A stretch of 64,000 nucleotides of DNA from Macrostomum hystrix (GCA_950097015.1 CATNEN010000001.1:868001-932000), one strand, 5' to 3'. Positions 12,901 to 26,716 are shown, counted from the first letter of the stretch. The notes: a model not told the origin generated them from the sequence alone. Made by a program: numbers and translations.

Positions 12901-15519
12901 CCTAGTTGTTTAGGGATTGGAAACCATAGTAGTTTAGGGATTGGAAACCATAGTAGTTTAGAGATTGGAAACCCTAGTTGTTTAGGGATTGGAAACCATA
13001 GTAGTTTAGGGATTGGAAACGCAAGCAGTTTAGGGATTGGAAATCATAGTAGTTTAGGGATTGGAAACCATAGTAGTTTAGGGATTGGAAACGCAAGCAG
13101 TTTAGGGATTGGAAACCATAGTAGTTTAGGGATTGGAAACCATAGTTGTTTAGGGATTAGAAAACCATAGTAGTTTAGGGATTGGAAACCATAGTAGTTT
13201 AGAGATTGGAAACCCTAGTTGTTTAGGGATTGGAAACCATAGTAGTTTAGGGATTGGAAACGCAAGCAGTTTAGGGATTGGAAATCATAGTAGTTTAGGG
13301 ATTGGAAACCATAGTAGTTTAGGGATTGGAAACGCAAGCAGTTTAGGGATTGGAAATCATAGTAGTTTAGGGATTGGAAACGCAAGCAGTTTAGGGATTG
13401 GAAAGGCAAGCAGTTTAGGGATTGGAAACGCAAGCAGTTTAGGGATTGGAAAGGCAATCAGTTTAGGGATTGGAAACGCAAGCAGTTTAGGGATTGGAAA
13501 CGCAAGCAGTTTAGGGATTGGAAACGCAAGCAGTTTAGGGATTGGAAACCATAGTAGTTTAGGGATTGGAAACCATAGTAGTTTAGGGATTGGAAACCAT
13601 AGCAGTTTAGGGATTGGAAACGCAAGCAGTTTAGGGATTGGAAATCATAGTAGTTTAGGGATTGGAAATCATAGTAGTTTAGGGATTGGAAACGCAAGCA
13701 GTTTAGGGATTGGAAATCATAGTAGTTTAGGGATTGGAAACCATACTCGTAGTAGTTTAGGGATTGGAAACGCAAGCAGTTTAGGGATTGGAAACGCAAG
13801 CAGTTTATGGATTGGAAATGCAAGTTATTTAGGCATATATCATTCCTTTTTGTAACCAGGCACGGAGTTGCCAGCTACGAAGATCGCTTTATATTAGACT
13901 TTGCCGCCCAACGCGACGGTGTGGTAGTGTCCAACGACAACTTTCGCGACCTACTAAACGATGAGCACACTGGCGAGGAGCAGAGAAAAATCATCACCGA
14001 CCGGGTGCTGACCTTCTGCTTTGCTCGCGACGTTTTCATGCCAGCCATTGACCCGCTGGGACCCGGGAAGCCGTCTAGAGATCAGCTGCTGAGCAAAGTT
14101 GAGCTGGCTCCCGAGAGGGCCACTGTTGGTAGCGTCGGTGGAGGCGGCAGTGGTGGCTTCGGCGCTGTCGGCGGGATGGGCTCCAGTTTCCGGAATCGTA
14201 ATAATTTTTCTTACATAATTTTGAGTTTTGACGGGGGTTTACGCCCTTTAGGGCCAACCTCCGAGGTACAGTGAGAGTGTACACTGCAGATGTACACACC
14301 TGCATTTGTGTGCGCTTTGGAGTCAGCGGAACGGTACCATCAGGGATTTGGGAATGGTGCCTGAAGGGATTTGGGAAAAGTGCCTGAAGGATTTGGGAAT
14401 GGTGCCTGAAGGGATTTGGGAATAGTGCCTGAAGGATTTGGGAATGGTGCCTGAAGGGATTTGGGAATAGTGCCTGAAGGATTTGGGAATGGTGCCTGAA
14501 GGGATTTAAGAATGGTGCCTGAAGGATTTGGGAATGATGCCTGATGTAATTTGGGAATGGTGCCTGAAGGATTTGGGAATGGTGCCTGAAGGATTTGGGA
14601 ATGGTGCCTGAAGGAATTTTTGAATGGTGCCTGAAGGAATTTTTGAATGGTGCCTGAAGGATTTGGGAATGGTGCCTGAAGGAATTTAGGAATAATGCCT
14701 GAAAGAATTTGGCAATGGGGCCTGAATAGATTTGGGAATGGTGCTTGGAGGGATTTAGGAATGGTGCCGCGACGTTTAGGGATCCAATCCCTTAACAACT
14801 ATGGCTTCCAGGATTTTGGAATAGTGCCTGAAGGGATTTAGGAATGGTGCCTGAAGGATTTGGGAATGGTGCCTGAAGGATTTGGGAATGGTGCCTGAAG
14901 GGATTTGGGAATGGTGCCTGAGGGATTTGGGAATGGTGCCTGAAGGGATTTGGGAATGGTGCCTGAAGGATTTGGGAATGGTGCCTTTCAGTCGTGAGTC
15001 CAACGCTCTAAACACTAGGCTACAACTCCCTGGCTATGACTCAGCAAATGAACAAACACATAGCTATAGCTGCGGCTGTGCCAGAGCTGTACATTTGGCC
15101 CTACTTAAAATAATGATATTGTAAGTTATTAAATACACTAACTGTCCGCAGACTCAGACGTTGGTCGAATCAGTCCCACCAGTCGCTGGCGCAACAACCA
15201 CAAAAACAATGGCAACGACCCGGCCATGACTGGCGCCAGGTCTGTCAGTCCGGCCATCGGATCATTGTTTCCGCAGAAGCAGCAACCGATTGGCAGAAAA
15301 CTGAAGCCTAAACAGCAGCAGCAGCAGAATTCAGCAGAAAATCGCGGTGGCAATTCGCGAACTCGTTCACCGAATTGCATCATCCGTCTCGAGCAGCAGC
15401 TGGCTGAATTGTTGCCTAGCGACCGGATGCGACTCCTGCCCGACCTCCTGATGGCTTATCCGGATCGGCGCGAAGTTGAGTTCTTTGCTAACAAACTCAT
15501 GGACGCGTCCATGGATTAA
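9917..15519 (+). CDS. N4BP1/KHNYN-family NYN (Regnase-type PIN) ribonuclease; exons 9917-10465, 10859-11997, 13860-14197, 15152-15519 (about 797 aa)
   Basis: GT-AG junctions join in frame (phases 0, 2, 1), with a CACTAAC branch point before exon 4. The NYN domain (LRSVIIDG..GILVAIQWFLDRGHTDVT..TPSR/HGVASYEDRFIL..DGVVVSNDNFRD..FMPAIDPLG) follows Regnase-1/N4BP1. N-terminal WVTFTG..AYNYVKMACS resembles the N4BP1/KHNYN KH-like region. C-terminal LEQQLAELLP..LLMAYPDRREVEFFANKLMD resembles CoCUN/CUBAN. No CCCH finger. Confidence 0.9.
10557..10797 (-). mobile_element. SINE family A, partial intronic copy
   Basis: Colinear similarity to 30205-30450 (gaggc.attctg..ctgactcctgag..gccttctctccgcggctgcgccccaatt). 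Confidence 0.75.
12095..13830. repeat. 24-bp minisatellite (agtttagggattggaaaccatagt and cgcaagc variants) filling intron 2
   Basis: Direct inspection; about 70 units. Confidence 0.97.
14225..14335 (+). mobile_element. SINE family A fragment, opposite orientation
   Basis: tttacgccctt.agggccaacctc..gatgtacac.cctg..ggagtcagcggaa is the reverse complement of part of 30285-30405. Confidence 0.6.
14342..14990. repeat. 21/22-bp minisatellite (gggatttgggaatggtgcctgaa) in intron 3
   Basis: Direct inspection; reverse complement of the array at 28862-30137. Confidence 0.95.
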
Positions 15520-17260
15520 CTCATGGATCTGTGAATGTGATCCAATCACGGTATTCGGTATAGTTGATCAGGATTGCAGATCTGTGAATGTGATCTAATT
15601 ATTTGCAGCATAAATCTGTCCATTTTTCTCTAGGCAAGAATATGTTCTCTTCAGTGTCAGTCTATTGCTTATAACTCGCGTGCAGTATACCTGTGTATCT
15701 TTCACTTGATCAACTGCATTCTGTCCAAAAGTTCATATAAAATCTTAACATGTTTATTTTTTTAATTTATTTGCGTTTTTAGACGCTAAAGTGCATAACT
15801 GACTACTATTTGGTTTTACTAATTTTCCTTTTTTGTTTCGTTGGAATTAAAAAATTAAGTTACTGTGTGTTTTAAAAGTAGCTTTTTACGAGTTGTTTTA
15901 AATATTATATTATACAATTTTTGCTCCTATTTCCGAAATTTCTATCTAGTGTTATTCGTATGAAATTAAGCTCATTGTTTGTTAAGGATACAATGGATGA
16001 CAAACAATAATCTTGAAGCCTAGATAAACCAAAGGTAATTTCTCCCATTCACCATAGTCTCCTCTGCCCGTTATATTCTTTCCCGCTAAAAATTGGGATG
16101 TTTCTTTAGGTGATTCCAGTTGGAATCTGCGGTGTTTCCAGAAAAAGAAACAGCCGAACGCTGGAAACAGACCAATCGGATGATTCCATGCTTGGAATCT
16201 ACCCAACTGGGCGGTTTCTCGGTGCTTCTTGGTGGCGAAATGGAATCACCCAAAGAATCCTCCAGTTCGGAAGATTCCATGCTCAGAAACCGCCGAGGAA
16301 TCGACCGTAAAGAATTCTCTGGTTGTCCCATGGGCCACTGGTTCGGGTGATTCTTCGGCGGTTTCCGCACAATTTACGGTTACATCGACTGCTTCCTGGG
16401 TGGTTTCTTTAACTCTTGCGAGATAGGGGGGGTTTTGGTAGATTCCACTCCTATTTTGCACAAAAAACCCGCCGAAGAAGCAGCCGAATTTTTCACAGAG
16501 TTTTCCCTCCTCGCCTGTCTCTTTTCTTTTCTCCTATCCCATTTTAGATTTTCCCTTTTCTCCTCGACATCCTTGCTTTCATTTTCTATATTGACACAAT
16601 GGTTAATGTAATATCGAAATGCCGTCACTGTAATATGCGCATTCTTTTAAATTAATTAATTAAAAATAGAAAGTTTGTTAGTTTACTATAACTAGAATTA
16701 ACTACTCCATTATAAATAATTTTCTTGTGATTACAAGTATAGCTAAAATTAGTTTTTTTACATTTTTATTCCGGAGAATTTTAATAAAGTTACTTAACAA
16801 AGATTTTTTACATTGACTGTAAACTCAGGCGCATATTATGTTTATCACTTAGTTACTAATTTTCATTTTGGTCTCGAAAAATGATGATTTCTTATCATTT
16901 CTACTCATCAATGTTGAAAACCCAAAATGCGCCATCTGTCAATACGACATCCGTTGCAAAAAAATTGTTACAAAATGACTGCTATCCAATTTTTGCGAAC
17001 GCAATGTGGTTATTAAAACAAGTACCGTAAAATATCTTTCTTGGCACCTTTTCTGCGCGTTCAGGGTCTCTGACAGTGTGTTCGCTCTAAATAAAGGTGA
17101 TTTTGAAGTTTGTTTAAAACTTTATCACTGCTGGCTAGTAGCAGTAGTATGATGAATATTCATAATGCTAAATTTTATTCTGATTAGTTTTGCTATCTTA
17201 GTTATTATTTTTTTGCATATTTCATGACTCAGTCATAATCCATATTGCGGTTTTATAGAC

Positions 17261-18532
17261 ATCAATCCGTGTCACGTGACACAAAAGGCACTGCATTCCA
17301 CAATTCTAATGAGTCATGAGTCACCAATCAGTGTCACGTGACTCCAATAAGACACTGCATTCCACAATTCTAATGATTCATCAATTAGTGTCACGTGACT
17401 CTAACAAGACACTGCATTCTACAATTCTAATGATTCATCAATCAGCGTCACGTGACTCCAATAAGACACTGCATTCCACAATTCTAATGAGTCATCAATC
17501 AGTGTCACGTGACTCCAATAAGACACTGCATTCCACAATTCTAATGATTCATCAATTAGTGTCACGTGACTCTAATAAGACACTGCATTCTACAATTCTA
17601 ATGAGTCATCAATCAGCGTCACGTGACTCCAATAAGACACTGCATTCCACAATTCTAATGATTCATCAATTAGTGTCACGTGACTCCAATAAGACACTGC
17701 ATTCCACAATTCTAATGAGTCATCAATCAGTGTCACGTGACTCCAATAAGACACTGCATTCCACAATTCTAATGAGTCATCAATCATCAATCAGTGTCAC
17801 GTGACTCCAATAAGACACTGCATTCTACAATTCTAATAAGTCATCAATCAGCGTCACGTGACTCCAATAAGACACTGCATTCCACAATTCTAATGAGTCA
17901 TCAATCAGAGTCACGTGACTCCAATAAGACACTGCATCCCACAATTCTAAGGAGTCATCAATTAGTGTCACGTGACTCCAATAAGACACTGCATTCCACA
18001 ATTCTAATGAGTCATCAATCAGTGTCACGTGACTCCAATAAGACACTGCATTCCACAATTCTAATGATTCATCAATCAGTGTCACGTGACTCTAATAAGA
18101 CACTGCATTCCACAATTCTAATGAGTCATCAATCAGCGTCACGTGACTCCAATAAGACACTGCATCCCACAATTCTAAGGAGTCATCAATTAGTGTCACG
18201 TGACTCCAATAAGTCACTGCATTCCACGATTCTTATGAGTCATCAATCAGCGTCACGTGACTCCAATAAGTCACTGCATCCCACGATTCTTATGAGTCAT
18301 CAATCAGCGTCACGTGACTCCAATAAGTCACTGCATTCCACAATTCTAATGAGTCATCAATTAGTGTCACGTGACTCTAATAAGACACTGCATTCCACAA
18401 TTCTAATGAGTCATCAATTAGTGTCACGTGACTCCAATAAGACACTGCATTCCACAATTCTAATGAGTCATCAATTAGTGTCACGTGACTCCAATAAGAC
18501 ACTGCATTCCACGATTCTTATGAGTCATCAAT
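17261..18532. repeat. 57-bp minisatellite, about 22 units, each with GTCACGTGAC, most with CCAAT and TGAGTCA
   Basis: Unit gtcacgtgactccaataagacactgcattccacaattctaatgagtcatcaatcagt; 19-aa period in the ORF track. Confidence 0.97.
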
Positions 18533-19180
18533 CATTGTTATTTGAGTAATCATTTATTGACCTAAACAGGACAGTAAACTGGTAACATATGCATGAATGG
18601 CCATATGAAGTACATGTACTAATACGAGAAATACTACAAATTGACTTTCTAAGCAGCTGCATTTAGCGACAAAAAGTTATTATTATTTGCTATGGCAACT
18701 ATATTTATATCTAGAGCACAGTTGAAGTTTCTGATTAAGCGAAAATAAGCTAGATTCTTGCTGGATAATGGATGCGACACTTCAATGCAAATATAATAGT
18801 CAGATTAGGTCCATAAATGGGGTCAAACTAAATTTAGATCAGCATTAATGAAGCTAGATGGCCATGTTAATTGATTACCTCAGGTTAGTCGTAATTCAGT
18901 TTTAAATGATAACTTACACATTAATGCGTACAAATTAGTAGATAAAAGTTGTATATCGGCTATAGTTCTTGGCTTTACAGATTAATAGTCTAACGCTGAG
19001 TTACATTATCCTAGTACAAGCTAGCAGCTGGCCGAGTTTTTGGATTATTTCAGCACTCTCTATTAGCTTCTTCATTGCAACAGCTTTGCCGTTTCATGCC
19101 CTTAGCACCTATTATGCAAATATGCATTCCAGTAGTTACCACTAAACTGTAGGACATAATGTTTTACATGGAAAGTCTCT

Positions 19181-22033
19181 CAGAATATCCTCACGATTAC
19201 ATCCCAGAATCTATCAGAATATCCTCACGATTGCATCCCAGAATCTATCAGAATATCCTCACGATTGCATCCCAGAATCTATTAGAATATCCTCACGATT
19301 GCATCCCAGAATCTATCAGAATACCCTCACGATTGCATCCCAGAATCTGTCAGAATATCCTCACGATTGCATCCCAGAATCTGTCAGAATATCCTCACGA
19401 TTGCATCCCAGAATCTATCAGAATACCCTCACGATTGCATCCCAGAATCTGTCAGAATATCCTCACGATTGCATCCCAGAATCTATCAGAATACCCTCAC
19501 GATTGCATCCCAGAATCTGTCAGAATATCCTCACGATTGCATCCCAGAATCTATCAGAATATCCTCACGATTGCATCCCAGAATCTATCAGAATATCCTC
19601 ACGATTGCATCCCAGAATCTATCAGAATATCCTCACGATTACATCCCAGAATCTATCAGAATATCCTCACGATTGCATCCCAGAATCTATCAGAATATCC
19701 TCACGATTACATCCCAGAATCTATCAGAATATCCTCACGATTGCATCCCAGAATCTATCAGAATATCCTCACGATTGCATCCCAGAATCTATCAGAATAT
19801 CCTCACGATTGCATCCCAGAATCTGTCAGAATATCCTCACGATTGCATCCCAGAATCTGTCAGAATATCCTCACGATTACATCCCAGAATCTATCAGAAT
19901 ATCCTCACGATTACATCCCAGAATCTATCAGAATATCCACACGATTGCATCCCAGAATCTGTCAGAATATCCACACGATTGCATCCCAGAATCTATCAGA
20001 ATATCCTCACGATTACATCCCAGAATCTATCAGAATATCCTCACGATTGCATCCCAGAATCTATCAGAATATCCACACGATTGCATCCCAGAATCTATCA
20101 GAATATCCTCACGATTGCATCCCAGAATCTATCAGAATATCCTCACGATTGCATCCCAGAATCTATCAGAATATCCTCACGATTGCATCCCAGAATCTGT
20201 CAGAATATCCTCACGATTGCATCCCAGAATCTGTCAGAATATCCTCACGATTACATCCCAGAATCTATCAGAATATCCTCACGATTACATCCCAGAATCT
20301 ATCAGAATATCCACACGATTGCATCCCAGAATCTATCAGAATATCCACACGATTGCATCCCAGAATCTATCAGAATATCCTCACGATTACATCCCAGAAT
20401 CTATCAGAATATCCTCACGATTGCATCCCAGAATCTATCAGAATATCCACACGATTGCATCCCAGAATCTATCAGAATATCCTCACGATTGCATCCCAGA
20501 ATCTATCAGAATATCCTCACGATTACATCCCAGAATCTATCAGAATATCCTCACGATTGCATCCCAGAATCTATCAGAATATCCACACGATTGCATCCCA
20601 GAATCTGTCAGAATATCCTCACGATTGCATCCCAGAATCTATCAGAATATCCTCACGATTGCATCCCAGAATCTATCACAATATCCTCACGATTACATCC
20701 CAGAATCTATCAGAATATCCTCACGATTGCATCCCAGAATCTATCAGAATATCCTCACGATTACATCCCAGAATCTATCAGAATATCCTCACGATTGCAT
20801 CCCAGAATCTATCAGAATATCCTCACGATTGCATCCCAGAATCTATCAGAATATCCTCACGATTGCATCCCAGAATCTGTCAGAATATCCTCACGATTGC
20901 ATCCCAGAATCTGTCAGAATATCCTCACGATTACATCCCAGAATCTATCAGAATATCCTCACGATTACATCCCAGAATCTATCAGAATATCCACACGATT
21001 GCATCCCAGAATCTATCAGAATATCCACACGATTGCATCCCAGAATCTATCAGAATATCCTCACGATTACATCCCAGAATCTATCAGAATATCCTCACGA
21101 TTGCATCCCAGAATCTATCAGAATATCCACACGATTGCATCCCAGAATCTATCAGAATATCCTCACGATTGCATCCCAGAATCTATCAGAATATCCTCAC
21201 GATTACATCCCAGAATCTATCAGAATATCCTCACGATTGCATCCCAGAATCTATCAGAATATCCACACGATTGCATCCCAGAATCTGTCAGAATATCCTC
21301 ACGATTGCATCCCAGAATCTATCAGAATATCCTCACGATTGCATCCCAGAATCTATCAGAATATCCTCACGATTGCATCCCAGAATCTGTCAGAATATCC
21401 TCACGATTGCATCCCAGAATCTATCAGAATATCCTCACGATTGCATCCCAGAATCTATCAGAATATCCTCACGATTGCATCCCAGAATCTATCAGAATAT
21501 CCTCACGATTGCATCCCAGAATCTATCAGAATATCCTCACGATTGCATCCCAGAATCTATCAGAATATCCTCACGATTGCATCCCAGAATCTGTCAGAAT
21601 ATCCTCACGATTGCATCCCAGAATCTATCACAATATCCTCACGATTACATCCCAGAATCTGTCAGAATATCCTCACGATTGCATCCCAGAATCTATCAGA
21701 ATATCCTCACGATTGCATCCCAGAATCTGTCAGAATATCCTCACGATTACATCCCAGAATCTGTCAGAATATCCTCACGATTGCATCCCAGAATCTGTCA
21801 GAATATCCTCACGATTGCATCCCAGAATCTATCAGAATATCCTCACGATTGCATCCCAGAATCTATCAGAATATCCTCACGATTGCATCCCAGAATCTGT
21901 CAGAATATCCTCACGATTGCATCCCAGAATCTATCAGAATATCCTCACGATTGCATCCCAGAATCTATCAGAATATCCTCACGATTGCATCCCAGAATCT
22001 ATCAGAATATCCTCACGATTGCATCCCAGAATC
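19181..22033. repeat. 34-bp minisatellite (cagaatatcctcacgattgcatcccagaatctat), about 84 units
   Basis: Highly homogeneous array with a few variant positions. Confidence 0.98.
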
Positions 22034-22341
22034 TCTCAAATCTGGCTCACGTGATGCATTGTATATAACCTAGACCGCACTGCAACTAGTGCTATGCATA
22101 GAAATCAGGAGTCTGTAATTTGGGTCATACCTAGTTAGAATCCAAGCTAGCATGATTGCCGATATAATACACAATATGGTGTAGTACAATGTCGCAAAAG
22201 TAGGCCGAGCGAGAATTGAAGAAGCAGGTAGAAATAAATATAATTATACACAAGGGGATTGATCAGTGCTAAAGACCTTATTTTTATATTCTATGTACAC
22301 TAAAACGGAATGTATTTAAAAATTATAAATCTTTCTAACTC

Positions 22342-22925
22342 TAGGATGTGGGTCTAACATTATTTGTGTTTAACAGGATGTGTGTCTAACAGGGCTTGTG
22401 TCTAACAGGATTTGTGTCTAACAGGATTTGTGTCTAACAGGATTTGTGTCTAATAGGATTTGTGTCTACTAGGATATGTGTCTAACAGGATTTTTGTCTA
22501 ACAGGATTTGTGTTTAACAGGACTTGTGTCTAACAGAGCGTGTGTCTAACAGGATTTGTGTCTTACATGATTTGTGTCTAACAGGATTTGTGTCTTACAG
22601 GATTTTTGTCTAACAGGATTTGTGTCTAGCAGGATTTGTGTCTAGCAGGATTTGTGTCTAACAGGATTTGTGTCTCACAGGATTTTAGTCTAACAGGATA
22701 TGTGTCTAACAGGATTTGTGTCTAGCAGGATTTGTGTCTAACAGGATTTGTGTCTCACAGGATTTTAGTCTAACAGGATATGTGTCTAACAGGATTTTTG
22801 TCTAACAGGATTTATGTCTAACAGGATTTTTGTCTAACAGGATTTGTGTCTTACAGGATTTGTGTCTAACAGGATTTGTGTCTTACAGGATTTGTGTCTA
22901 ACAGGATATGTGTTAGGATGTGTCT
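22342..22925. repeat. 16-bp minisatellite (tctaacaggatttgtg)
   Basis: Direct inspection. Confidence 0.95.
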
Positions 22926-23496
22926 TACATACGTAGTAGTAACAGGATTAAGTATGTTCGTATTTCTAGCAGACTGTGTTTATGTACTGTCTAACATGAC
23001 AATGCTACGAGCAGCTTCAATGCAGCAAATTTCGATTCTGCTTCTATTGTCGGACACCTTAGCAACAAACATGTCCACAATAGACTCGACTAATTTGTGA
23101 TTTGTTTTACAGCCTCAATGCTGACAGTAAAATGTGTGAAAGCCAATAGGTGTGAAAGGTGTTAATATTTATATTTGCTCCTGTACTAGTGATTTAAACT
23201 CGCAAAGATTAGGTTGTGTGTGTGTGTGCATGTGTGTGTGGAGGCCTGTCTCAACGAATCCAATTTAACCGGCCAATCTCATTGGATGGGACCCACCCCA
23301 AAGAATTTTATTTGCATTCTGTACTGTGCAAAAACAAGACGAAAACACAAATTCTGGACTTAGCGGTATTTCGTGTAACCAGGCGCCAAATTGTCTGCGA
23401 GGTGAGTCCCCAGTTTTTTTAACATTTTTGTTTAACTTCTACGTAGGAGACATTTTTGACGATGAGGCTGTTTAATTTTTAGCGCAAACTAGTCTG

Positions 23497-23636
23497 TCTG
23501 TTATAGTGTCTGTAGTTCTGTTATAGAGTGTCTGTAGTTCTGTTATAGAGTGTCTGTAGTTCTGTTATATAGTGTCTGTAGTTCTGTTATAGAGTGTCTG
23601 TAGTTCTGTTATAGAGTGTCTGTAGTTCTGTTATAG
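23497..23636. repeat. 22-bp tandem repeat (tctgttatagagtgtctgtagt), about 6 units
   Basis: Direct inspection. Confidence 0.9.
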
Positions 23637-23919
23637 TATTCTCTAGTGTTGTAACCTATAATTAGACTATCAAAAATTCGGTTTTATTTTAAAAGTAAGT
23701 TTTTTAACGAACCAGCTGGCTTTGGAATACACAATAATATAGTTCAGTTGCTAGACACATTGACAAATGGTCCTAATTAGGAATTCAAAGTCACGAGTAT
23801 CACAATTTTATCCTCGAATTCAGCGAATAATGCTTTGGAGAACTTTCGCTCCACTCTTTCACGAACTGATTAAAAAACTAAACCAGCATTTTTACCCACT
23901 GAGACTTGCAGTAGTCACT

Positions 23920-26060
23920 CAGAACAGACACCCAGAACAGACAACTAGAACAGACACCCACAACAGACATCTAGAACAGACACCCACAACAGACATCTAG
24001 AACAGACACCGAGAACAGACATCTAGAACAGACACCCAGAACTGACATCTAGAACAGACACCCAGAACTGACATCTAGAACAGACACCCAGAACAGACAG
24101 AAACCCAGAACAGACACCCAGAACAGACAGACACCCAGAACAGACATCTAGAACAGACATCTAGAACAGACACCCAGAACAGACACCCAGAACAGACATC
24201 TAGAACAGACATCTAGAAAAGACACCCAGAACAGACACCCAGAACAGACATCTAGAACAGACATCTAGAAAAGACACCCAGAACAGACAACTAGAACAGA
24301 CACCCACAACAGACATCTAGAACAGACACCCAGAACAAACAACTAGAACAGACACCCACAACAGACATCTAGAACAGACACCCAGAACAGACATCTAGAA
24401 CAGACACCCAGAACAGACATCTAGAACAGACACCCACAACAGACATCTAGAACAGACATCTAGAAGACACCCAGAACAGACACCCAGAACAGACAACTAG
24501 AACAGACACCCACAACAGACATCTAGAACAGACACCCAGAACAGACATCTAGAACAGACACCCAGAACAGACACCCAGAACAGACACCCAGAAAAGACAC
24601 CCCGACACCCAGAACAGACAACCCGACACCCAGAACACACACGCAGAACAGACACCCAGAACAAACACCCAGAACAGACATCTAGAACAGACACCCACAA
24701 CAGACATCTAGAACAGACACCCAGAACAGACATCTAGAACAGACACCCAGAACAGACATCTAGAACAGACATCTAGAACAGACACCGAGAACAGACATCT
24801 AGAACAGACACCCAGAACTGACATCTAGAACAGACACCCAGAACTGACATCTAGAACAGACACCCAGAACAGACAGAAACCCAGAACAGACACCCAGAAC
24901 AGACAGACACCCAGAACAGACATCTAGAACAGACATCTAGAACAGACACCCAGAACAGACACCCAGAACAGACATCTAGAACAGACATCTAGAAAAGACA
25001 CCCAGAACAGACACCCAGAACAGACAACTAGAACAGACACCCACAACAGACATCTAGAACAGACACCCAGAACAGACATCTAGAACAGACACCCAGAACA
25101 GACATCTAGAACAGACACCCAGAACAGACATCTAGAACAGACACCCAGAACTGACATCTAGAACAGACACCCAGAACAGACAGAAACCCAGAACAGACAC
25201 CCAGAACAGACAGACACCCAGAACAGACATCTAGAACAGACATCTAGAACAGACACCCAGAACAGACACCCAGAACAGACATCTAGAACAGACATCTAGA
25301 AAAGACACCCAGAACAGACACCCAGAACAGACAACTAGAACAGACACCCACAACAGACATCTAGAACAGACACCCAGAACAGACAACTAGAACAGACACC
25401 CACAACAGACATCTAGAACAGACACCCAGAACAGACATCTAGAACAGACACCCAGAACAGACATCTAGAACAGACATCTAGAAGACACCCAGAACAGACA
25501 CCCAGAACAGACAACTAGAACAGACACCCACAACAGACATCTAGAACAGACACCCAGAACAGACATCTAGAACAGACACCCAGAACAGACACCCAGAACA
25601 GACACCCAGAAAAGACACCCCGACACCCAGAACAGACAACCCGACACCCAGAACACACACGCAGAACAGACACCCAGAACAAACACCCAGAACAGACATC
25701 TAGAACAGACACCCACAACAGACATCTAGAACAGACACCCAGAACAGACATCTAGAACAGACACCCAGAACAGACATCTAGAACAGACATCTAGAACAGA
25801 CACCCGGAACAGACACCCAGAACAGACACCCAGACACCCAGAGCAGACACCCAGAACAGAGACCCCGAAACCCAGAACAGACATCTAGAACAGACACCCA
25901 GAACAGACACCCAGAACAGACACCCAGAACAGACACCCAGAATAGACATCTAAAACAGACACCCCAACACCCAGAACAGACACCCAGAGCAGACACCCAG
26001 AGCAGACACCCAGAACAGAGACCCAGACACCCAGAGCAGACACCCAGAACAGTCACCCAG
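23920..26060. repeat. 13/14-bp minisatellite (agaacagacaccc / agaacagacatct) with a higher-order duplication
   Basis: Identical variant blocks at 24497-24733 and 25515-25751 (offset 1018 bp). Confidence 0.95.
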
Positions 26061-26716
26061 AAAAATGGAGCATGCAGTAGCAATGAGATTAAAAAAGCTG
26101 TTAAATCTGCAGAGAAAGTAAAAAGTAAGTTTGAAAACTTAACTACGCAAAATTGCTACTATTTGGCGGGGTGTCCTTTGATGTGCACTAACGAAATATT
26201 TTTTATATAAACTAAAAAAGCTAAAGATTTCATTGAACTCTGCAGACTTTGAACAGTTTTAGTTTACTAGAAGAAAAAGTTAAGTGTAAGAAAGCGAGAT
26301 TCAATCAATTCTTTTTACTAGTTTAAAGTGTAAAGCTTTTTCAAGCTGTCAAGTTAGCACCTAAAATTTGGCGAGACAATCTAAATGAGAAAAAGGCGGC
26401 AGCATCAAAGCCAAGCGAAATTGACAAGATCTATTAATGAAAGAACCTTTTTACAGAACCAGATAAAAGTCACCGCAGACAGTAGAACAGGCGCACTAAT
26501 ATCTGCGCTATACTTAGATGGCTCCATGTTTTTTTCAGCTTTTACAGTTCAAGCCACACCGAAGGCTTGGTCATCTATTGCGGTGGGTGGCTATCTGTGT
26601 GACTCGCTTGCCTAATTACCAATGCAACATGGGTGGGCAGCTGATGATGATGTTTGAGATCGCTTGTCATCATCACTGCTTATTGATGCCCATCTAGACT
26701 TGAAATTTGGATTAGG

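Noticed and set aside
12095-13830. Telomere, or leucine-rich-repeat ORFs (FQSLNYY / SSLGIGN)
   Set aside because: TTAGGG is embedded in a 24-bp unit inside a well-defined intron; the ORFs are repeat artefacts.
16080-16560. Cluster of overlapping short ORFs / possible MITE
   Set aside because: No recognisable domain, and I could not establish TIRs or a TSD.
17261-18532. CRISPR-like array (palindromic repeat at a regular period)
   Set aside because: There are no unique spacers, the whole unit repeats, no cas genes are present and the context is eukaryotic.
19159-22073. Three ORFs of about 900-970 aa
   Set aside because: They are translations of a stop-free 34-bp minisatellite, with the same peptide in all frames.
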